Shown here: positions 52,596-58,413 of the stretch, piece by piece | Layout of the letters: the number at the start of each line of letters is the position of its first letter | Position numbering within the stretch: the stretch's first letter is position 1 | Source of the DNA: Bacteroidia bacterium | Lineage (GTDB): Bacteria; Bacteroidota; Bacteroidia; AKYH767-A; OLB10 | Assembly: GCA_016788185.1 (NCBI GenBank) | Contig: JAEUTF010000197.1 | Location: 1-58,413 of the forward strand | Reading direction: 5' to 3' | DNA length: 58,413 nucleotides | Made by a program: the position numbers and the translations under genes | Notes under the pieces: model-generated | The model's database searches: none | Told to the model about the DNA's origin: nothing | What the model saw: the letters and a program-made list of their open reading frames with translations, nothing else

Positions 52596-53450
52596 TCATA
52601 CTTTTACAGCAGAAACAAAGCGATCGTTCCCAGACAAATCCCTGTAAATCCGGACATCTTCAAGTGATTCATTTTCAAAAAGGGCGGCTACCTCTTCCGC
52701 AAAACGCCGATTCACCTCTACCCAGACGCGACCGTACTTATTCAGGTTAAGCACAGCAAAGCCCGCGATGCGCCTGTAGAACAAAAGCGGATCGTCGTCC
52801 GGTACAAACAAGGCCAAATGCGGTTCAAAACCGGTGACCGGTACAGCCATCCCGTTGAATTCATCCATGGTCACGTAGGGAGGATTGGATACCAGCAAAT
52901 CCAATCCCGAAAACGGCACGTCGGGTCCGGTTTCAGCCAGTACATCCCATCTAAACCAGTTCACCGGTAATTGGAGTACTTCGCTGTTCCTTTTCGCAAT
53001 ATCCAAGGCGTCACCTGAAACATCCGCCCCAAAAACCTGAGCGTCCGGAAAAGCCTGCTTCAAGGACAAGGCAATGCAACCGCTGCCACTACAGAGATCG
53101 AGCATCACGGCCTCACCGGGAAAGCGCTGCTCCTGAATAAACAACATCAACTCTTCCGTTTCCGGCCTGGGTATCAAAACCCGCTTGTCTACCAAAATCT
53201 TCAGTTCGTTGAACCAGGCATACCCCAAAATATACTGAACGGGCTCTCCCGCTTTCAATCGTTCCAGGTCGGACAGCAATTGTCTTTCCTGATCTGCAGG
53301 CAGCTCCTCCGCGGATTTGTGACTCAATTCAAAAAAAGAAAAATTCAATCTCTCCTGAAGCAGGTGCTTGATCAGAGCGTTTATCTCACCCGTCTCATAC
53401 AGGCCAGCAAGTTCATTTTTTACTCTATCTGAAAATCCGGAAATGGTCAT
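52596..53450 (-). CDS. prmC: release factor glutamine N5-methyltransferase
   Basis: PVQYILG, DLCSGSGCIAL (SAM-binding) and VSNPPYV. ATG 53450 lies 4 nt after the -7 box at 53455-53462. Confidence 0.88.
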   Translation of the reverse strand: MTISGFSDRVKNELAGLYETGEINALIKHLLQERLNFSFFELSHKSAEELPADQERQLLSDLERLKAGEPVQYILGYAWFNELKILVDKRVLIPRPETEELMLFIQEQRFPGEAVMLDLCSGSGCIALSLKQAFPDAQVFGADVSGDALDIAKRNSEVLQLPVNWFRWDVLAETGPDVPFSGLDLLVSNPPYVTMDEFNGMAVPVTGFEPHLALFVPDDDPLLFYRRIAGFAVLNLNKYGRVWVEVNRRFAEEVAALFENESLEDVRIYRDLSGNDRFVSAVKV

Positions 53451-53454
53451 ATAA

Positions 53455-53462
53455 CAAAAATA
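53455..53462 (-). promoter_or_regulatory. -7 box TATTTTTG upstream of prmC
   Basis: Matches TAnnTTTG on the minus strand, 4 nt before ATG 53450. Confidence 0.5.
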
Positions 53463-53530
53463 ATTAAAATCTCCATTTTTAAGAGGTAGCGGATTAAAAT
53501 GGTCAGGAGGCATTACTTTTACATGCGGCA

Positions 53531-54571
53531 ATGAGCACACCGGAAGTCTATATGAAACGCTGTTTACAGCTAGCCGAAAATGGCATCGGTCATGTTTTCA
53601 CCAATCCCCTGGTAGGTTGCGTCCTTGTGGAAGACAACCGGATTATTGGAGAAGGCTATCACCGCTTTTTCGGCGGACCTCATGCGGAAGTGGAAGCCAT
53701 CAACAGCGTGAGGGAAAGCCATACACTGACCCACTCAACGCTTTATGTCAACCTGGAGCCTTGCTCCCATTTCGGAAAAACTCCTCCCTGTTGCGATTTG
53801 ATTATTTCGAAAGGAATACCCCGCGTGATCATCGGAATGAAGGACCCATTTGCCCGGGTAAATGGAGAAGGGATAAAAAAATTAAGGGCGGCCGGAATCC
53901 ATGTCGAAGTTGGCCTGCTGGAAGATCCATGCCGGGAAATCAACAAAAGATTCATCTGTTTTCATACGCGTAAACGTCCGTACCTGGTCCTGAAGTGGGC
54001 CCAGAGCAGCAATGGCATGACAGGCATAAGAGGGCAGCGAATGGAAATCAGCAACCGCATCAGTAAAATGTATGCTCACAAATGGCGACAGGAAGAAGCC
54101 GGCATCCTGGTGGGTTCAGGAACTGTTCTGAGCGATAATCCACAACTCAACACACGGCTCTGGCAGGGCCCTTCCCCGATAAGGATCATCGCTGACCGCA
54201 GTGGCAACTTGTGCGGCCGGCACGATTTAAAGGTGTTTGACGGCAGTATCCGGACCCTTGTGCTTACGCAGCAGGATAACCCGGATTATCCTCATTCCGA
54301 AGTTATTCGGATTGCCGACCATGGCGATTTTTTCGATGCATCCCTCCAACATCTGCATCAGATTGGAATCATCTCTGTGCTGGTTGAAGGCGGATCGCGG
54401 ATTCATCAACTGTTGCTGGAAAGAAATTTATGGGATGAATGCAGAGTGTTTGTCAGTCGTGAAAACTTAGAAAATGGCATCCCGGCCCCTACCCTTCCGG
54501 CCGGTGCAAGGGTTGATACGATGCTGGAGGACAACCTCCTGATCACCATTCGAAATCCAGATACTGTATGA
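53531..54571 (+). CDS. ribD: bifunctional riboflavin biosynthesis deaminase / reductase
   Basis: NPLVGCV, HAEVEAI and PCSHFGKTPPC (CDA zinc motif). C-terminal RibD_C reductase domain (VLVEGG). Confidence 0.93.
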   Translation: MSTPEVYMKRCLQLAENGIGHVFTNPLVGCVLVEDNRIIGEGYHRFFGGPHAEVEAINSVRESHTLTHSTLYVNLEPCSHFGKTPPCCDLIISKGIPRVIIGMKDPFARVNGEGIKKLRAAGIHVEVGLLEDPCREINKRFICFHTRKRPYLVLKWAQSSNGMTGIRGQRMEISNRISKMYAHKWRQEEAGILVGSGTVLSDNPQLNTRLWQGPSPIRIIADRSGNLCGRHDLKVFDGSIRTLVLTQQDNPDYPHSEVIRIADHGDFFDASLQHLHQIGIISVLVEGGSRIHQLLLERNLWDECRVFVSRENLENGIPAPTLPAGARVDTMLEDNLLITIRNPDTV

Positions 54572-55458
54572 ATGCCGCATTGCTGATAAATCTATTGATC
54601 GCCTCTTTTCTTTCCGCCCTGCTTTATGTGATCCTGAAATTCTTCCAGGTGTACCGGATAAACAATCTGCAGGGACTCACCTTCAATTATTTTACCGCTT
54701 CAGCCCTGTCCTTCACCGGCAGGTTTGAACACAACCTGAGCATCCTCGATACGAGCGGCGATTTCCTGCAGTATGCCCTGTTGATCGGAGCACTTTTCAT
54801 ACTGGTGTTTTATTGCGCCGCTCTCACCGCCCAGCATGCCGGAATTACCGTGACTTCCATAGCCGGAAAAATGTCGATGATCATACCCATATCGGTGGGC
54901 ATCTTGGTCTTTCATGACCGTGTTTATCCGCTTCGTATTGCGGGAATGCTCATCGCTATGGCAGCGGTGCTGATGAGTACTTTTAAAGGAAATTCTTCAG
55001 GTGACGAAGTGCAGCAGGACCGTAAACTGAAGTTGATATTGCCACTGCTTTTATTTGCCGGGAGCGGCCTGGTGGATACCTGCATTAAACTTTCGGAACA
55101 TTACCTAATTACCGAGGACAACCAGGAGCTATATATTTCATTTCTTTTTGGCTCCGCCGCTATCATTGGTTTCATGATCATGCTTTACAGTTGGGTAAAA
55201 CACCATAAAAAACCTGGATTCCGTAGCGTTTTGGCGGGAATTCTACTGGGTACTACCAATTATTTTTCCCTCGTTTTCCTGATCAAGGTATTGTCGAGCC
55301 CGGGGGTTGAAAGTTCTCTTGCTTTCGCAATGACCAATGTCATGGTAGTCCTGATTTCAACCGTCATTGCCATGCTGGTTTTTAAAGAAAAACTGAACCG
55401 GATGAACATGGGTGGCTTGGCCCTGGCGATCATCAGTATCGTAATTTTGTCATTCTAA
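54568..55458 (+). CDS. DMT superfamily (EamA-like) membrane transporter
   Basis: 296 aa with about 10 TM segments in a two-repeat layout. ATGA overlap with ribD. Confidence 0.7.
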   Translation: MNAALLINLLIASFLSALLYVILKFFQVYRINNLQGLTFNYFTASALSFTGRFEHNLSILDTSGDFLQYALLIGALFILVFYCAALTAQHAGITVTSIAGKMSMIIPISVGILVFHDRVYPLRIAGMLIAMAAVLMSTFKGNSSGDEVQQDRKLKLILPLLLFAGSGLVDTCIKLSEHYLITEDNQELYISFLFGSAAIIGFMIMLYSWVKHHKKPGFRSVLAGILLGTTNYFSLVFLIKVLSSPGVESSLAFAMTNVMVVLISTVIAMLVFKEKLNRMNMGGLALAIISIVILSF

Positions 55459-56075
55459 TGCTCTTTGACGATACATATTTCACCATTGAAAAGGAGTCCA
55501 CTGGAGAATACCGTGAGCGGGGCAGCCGATTTCTAGGAACGGCGCTGCCCATTCGCGATGAAGCACAGGTAAAGGAAATACTTCAAAAATTCAGGAAATC
55601 CCATCCGCAGGCCAACCATCACTGCTACGCCTACCGGTTAACCCCCGATCCCGGGGTTTTCAGGTTCAGTGATGACCGTGAACCATCGGGATCGGCAGGC
55701 AAGCCTATTTTGGGCGCCATTCTGTCTAAAGGGGTCACAGATGTCCTGGTAGTGGTTGTTCGCTATTTCGGAGGAACACTCCTTGGTGTGCCCGGTCTTA
55801 TCCAAGCCTACAGAAGCGCCGCTCAGGAAGCGCTACATCACTCCAAACTTGTTGAAAAGCATATTCAGTACAGTTTTAAAATTGTTTTCCCATACGAATT
55901 GACCAATGAAGTTTTTCATGTTTTGAGGACTTCACAGGTTCAGATTAAATCCCATGAACAGGCCGACACCTGTTCAATCATTTTCGATATTCGCAAAAAT
56001 CTTGCTTCAGAAATTGAAAGGAAAATCCTGGAACACCCCATCCTGAGTCACAGAGCGTTCCTGGAGTCATTATAG
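55458..56075 (+). CDS. YigZ / IMPACT family protein
   Basis: RGSRFLG, HHCYAYRL, DDREPSGSAGKPIL and VVVRYFGG. Confidence 0.85.
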   Translation: MLFDDTYFTIEKESTGEYRERGSRFLGTALPIRDEAQVKEILQKFRKSHPQANHHCYAYRLTPDPGVFRFSDDREPSGSAGKPILGAILSKGVTDVLVVVVRYFGGTLLGVPGLIQAYRSAAQEALHHSKLVEKHIQYSFKIVFPYELTNEVFHVLRTSQVQIKSHEQADTCSIIFDIRKNLASEIERKILEHPILSHRAFLESL

Positions 56076-56077
56076 CC

Positions 56078-56992
56078 ATGCCACTACTTAAAAAACTTTG
56101 CAGCATCCCCGCCCCATCGGGCGACGAAGGTCCGATGAAAGATTTTCTCCTTGAATATATTGGGAAAGAAAGTCCGACCTGGAAACGGCAGCCTGAAATC
56201 ATCCATGGCGATGAATTTCAACATTGCATTGTCCTCGTCTTCGGCCAACCCCGCACCGCCGTATTTGCCCACATGGACAACATCGGCTTCCATGTCCGCT
56301 ATGGCAATGAACTTGTCAAGATTGGTGGCCCAAAAACGGTGAGCGGCTATACACTGGAGGGGATAGATTCGCAGGGTCATGTGGAATGTGAGTTGCACGT
56401 AAACGAAGAGGACCATTCACTTCGTTATCATGGCAGCAGGCTCATCGACCGGGGTACTGCCTTAAACTTCAAAATGAACTTCAGGGAAGATGACCATTAT
56501 GTTCAATCCTGTTACCTGGATAACCGGCTGGGGGTTTTCAATGCACTAAAACTCGCAGAAACACTTGAGGATGGAGTCATTGTGTTTTCCTGCTGGGAGG
56601 AGCACGGCGGCGGTTCTGTCGCGTATTTAACACGGTATTTGTGGGAGCGGTTCAAAATCCGGCAAGCCCTGATCAGTGACATTACCTGGGTTACGGACGG
56701 CGTGCAATCCGGAAATGGCGTGGCCGTTTCCATGCGGGATTCCGGTATTCCAAGGAGAATCTTTATTGATAAAATCATTTCCATTCTGAAACAGGAGCAT
56801 ATAAAATTCCAGCTGGAGATTGAGTCGTCCGGAGGAAGCGACGGCAATGAAATCCAGAAGCAGCCTTACCCGATCGACTGGTGTTTTATCGGGGCTCCCG
56901 AAGACCTGGTGCATAGTCCAGACGAGAAAGTACACAAGGAGGACATTTCCTCCATGCTGGCCGCCTATCGTGTACTCCTGGCCCGTTTATGA
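56078..56992 (+). CDS. M42-like (glutamyl aminopeptidase/endoglucanase-type) metallopeptidase homologue
   Basis: LCSIPAPSGDE, FAHMDNIGF, YLDNRLG, WEEHGGGS and LVHSP correspond to the M42 metal-ligand blocks. At 304 aa it is shorter than typical members. Confidence 0.65.
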   Translation: MPLLKKLCSIPAPSGDEGPMKDFLLEYIGKESPTWKRQPEIIHGDEFQHCIVLVFGQPRTAVFAHMDNIGFHVRYGNELVKIGGPKTVSGYTLEGIDSQGHVECELHVNEEDHSLRYHGSRLIDRGTALNFKMNFREDDHYVQSCYLDNRLGVFNALKLAETLEDGVIVFSCWEEHGGGSVAYLTRYLWERFKIRQALISDITWVTDGVQSGNGVAVSMRDSGIPRRIFIDKIISILKQEHIKFQLEIESSGGSDGNEIQKQPYPIDWCFIGAPEDLVHSPDEKVHKEDISSMLAAYRVLLARL

Positions 56993-57394
56993 AAAATAGG
57001 GACTTAACTTTTGAAGCAATTCTGAAGGAGCCTTACAGGGACGACCGCTTTCCTTACTGAGAAATACCAGTGTGGTTTCCGCATCGTTCAATTTCATGCC
57101 GGTTTCATTGAATATCTCATACCGAAAGACTATCTTCACCGAGGGCATGAACGGGATACAGGTTTTAATGTGCAGCAGTTCATCGTAAAATGCAGGCTTG
57201 AAATATTTAACCTTGTACTCAAGTACCGGTAAAAGAAATCCTTCTTCTTCCATTCTGCGATACGTCATACCCAGATCCCTCAGCGCTTCCACGCGGGCCA
57301 CTTCAAAATAGGAAGCATAATTACCATAATAAACATAGTTCATCCGGTCTGTTTCAGCATAGCGGACACGCACACTGGTTTCTGACAAGTACAT
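56987..57394 (-). CDS. acyl-CoA thioesterase, YbgC/4HBT hotdog family
   Basis: VRVRYAETDRMNYVYYGNYASYFEVAR (catalytic Asp context). 135 aa from ATG 57394. Confidence 0.85.
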   Translation of the reverse strand: MYLSETSVRVRYAETDRMNYVYYGNYASYFEVARVEALRDLGMTYRRMEEEGFLLPVLEYKVKYFKPAFYDELLHIKTCIPFMPSVKIVFRYEIFNETGMKLNDAETTLVFLSKESGRPCKAPSELLQKLSPYFS

Positions 57395-57461
57395 TCTCAA
57401 TATTTTCACGAAGATGCAAAAAATGCAGTTCATTTACCGCTCACAAATTCCGTTTCAGAAT

Positions 57462-57469
57462 TAATTTTG
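57462..57469 (+). promoter_or_regulatory. -7 box TAATTTTG upstream of the 5'-nucleotidase C-domain gene
   Basis: Matches TAnnTTTG, 4 nt before ATG 57474. Confidence 0.5.
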
Positions 57470-57473
57470 TGAA

Positions 57474-58241
57474 ATGAAGAATATCAGCAGACTGCTTATT
57501 CCATTTGGACTGGCCATGCTGTTGCTTTTTGCCTGCAACCGGCGGAGCAGTATACACCACGTATATCATTCTCACTATATTCTGTCGCAACAAAACGATG
57601 GAACCGGCGACAGCGCGCTACAACACCTCCTCCGTCCGTATAAAGACAGCCTGGAGAAAAGCATGAACCAGGTACTGGTCATCAGCAGCGCCCCTCTGAC
57701 CAGGGAACTGCCGGAAGGAAGTCTTGGAAACTACTGTGCCGATGCCTCCATGCGGCAGGCCAGCAAAATTGCAGCTGAACTCAGTCTGGATTTGCCTGAC
57801 TTTTGCTTTTTAAATCACGGCGGACTCCGGGCTCCGCTGCCACAAGGTCCTGTGACGGTAGGCAATGTATTCGAGGTAATGCCCTTTGAAAATGAAATGA
57901 TTCTTTTGCATCTGAATGGAACCGCCTGCGATAGTATTGCCCGCATCATTACCCGAAAAGGCGGAGCCCCTGTTTCCGGCTTACAAATTCAGATCAATGC
58001 CGGGCAAGTTGAATCCTTACTGATCAGAGGAGAACATCCGCAAAAGGACAAAACGTATTGCGTACTGACTTCCGATTACCTGGCCGGCGGAGGCGATGGC
58101 TTTGATTTTCTCAGGGACTATCCCTCGCAGAAACTCGGCATTAAAATCAGGGATGCGCTGATCCTGGATCTTCGTCAGTTTGGAGACAAAACGGACACCT
58201 TAAAACCATATACCGATGGAAGGATCATCAGGCTACAGTAG
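57474..58241 (+). CDS. 5'-nucleotidase C-terminal (substrate-binding) domain lipoprotein
   Basis: Lipobox LLLFAC. NYCADA, NHGGLRAPL, FEVMPFEN and TSDYLAGGGDGF are as in the UshA C-terminal domain. Confidence 0.85.
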   Translation: MKNISRLLIPFGLAMLLLFACNRRSSIHHVYHSHYILSQQNDGTGDSALQHLLRPYKDSLEKSMNQVLVISSAPLTRELPEGSLGNYCADASMRQASKIAAELSLDLPDFCFLNHGGLRAPLPQGPVTVGNVFEVMPFENEMILLHLNGTACDSIARIITRKGGAPVSGLQIQINAGQVESLLIRGEHPQKDKTYCVLTSDYLAGGGDGFDFLRDYPSQKLGIKIRDALILDLRQFGDKTDTLKPYTDGRIIRLQ

Positions 58242-58413
58242 AAGAAAGTTCATCGGTCAATCACTGAAGGCACTCAGCATTGCCGGAATATCCGGTATAC
58301 CCGATCTGGCATGGGCGGATGTTGGCCTGCACAAAATCACCATCTTACACACTAACGATACACATAGCCGAATAGATCCGTTTCCTGAGAACGATCCGAA
58401 ATTCGCCGGACTC
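58216..58413 (+). CDS. metallophosphoesterase (5'-nucleotidase N-terminal catalytic domain), Tat signal; cut by window edge
   Basis: Not in the ORF track. The frame from ATG 58216 gives MEGSSGYSRRKFIGQSLKALSIAGISGIPDLAWA (twin-arginine signal), then ITILHTNDTHSRI (metallophosphatase motif I). It overlaps the previous gene by 26 nt. Confidence 0.8.
   Translation, partial: MEGSSGYSRRKFIGQSLKALSIAGISGIPDLAWADVGLHKITILHTNDTHSRIDPFPENDPKFAGL

Noticed and set aside
53451-53530. A possible FMN riboswitch upstream of ribD.
   Set aside because: Only 80 nt are available and they also hold the divergent prmC -7 box. An FMN element needs well over 100 nt, and none of its conserved segments is visible.
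1-58413. A window-wide search for CRISPR arrays, tRNA/rRNA genes, transposases, integrases, phage or toxin-antitoxin genes, and defence-island signatures.
   Set aside because: I found none. There are no spaced direct repeats, no cloverleaf-compatible segments in any gap, and no recombinase or transposase motifs in any ORF. Gene content and promoter usage are uniform across the window.

Overview
This window looks like a core-chromosome segment of a Bacteroidota genome. The evidence is three clear T9SS C-terminal sorting domains, TAnnTTTG -7 promoter boxes in front of about half the genes, a split transketolase, and DUF4199, DUF4294 and GH3-family genes. I call 56 protein-coding genes, two of them cut by the window edges and neither present in the ORF track. 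I also call one signal-recognition-particle RNA (ffs) in the 280-nt gap at 13232-13511, 8 intrinsic terminator hairpins and 27 correctly oriented -7 boxes. The -7 boxes were used to refine about 20 start codons relative to the longest-ORF track. I saw no tRNA, rRNA, CRISPR array, transposase, integrase, phage gene or obvious defence island. No intergenic gap exceeds 280 nt, so there is no room for a large unannotated RNA. Most genes are housekeeping: cca-like, miaA, fsa, gmhA/gmhB, mutS2-like, tkt halves, pdhB, etfBA, sppA, prfC, accC, sucC, prmC, ribD. I cannot point to a convincing new multi-gene system. The best candidates for under-described biology are these: (1) a secreted VWA-domain gene translationally coupled inside the split-transketolase operon; (2) a PolX-family protein with an apparently degenerate polymerase site but an intact PHP domain; (3) a GH3-family adenylating enzyme overlapping a secreted protein gene; (4) a permuted, split 5'-nucleotidase whose halves carry different export signals; (5) an MM3350/pRiA4b-ORF3-like protein with a poly-acidic tail between two tRNA-maturation genes; (6) a MutS2 paralogue lacking Smr. 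All functional calls come from motif recognition by eye. No database search was run.
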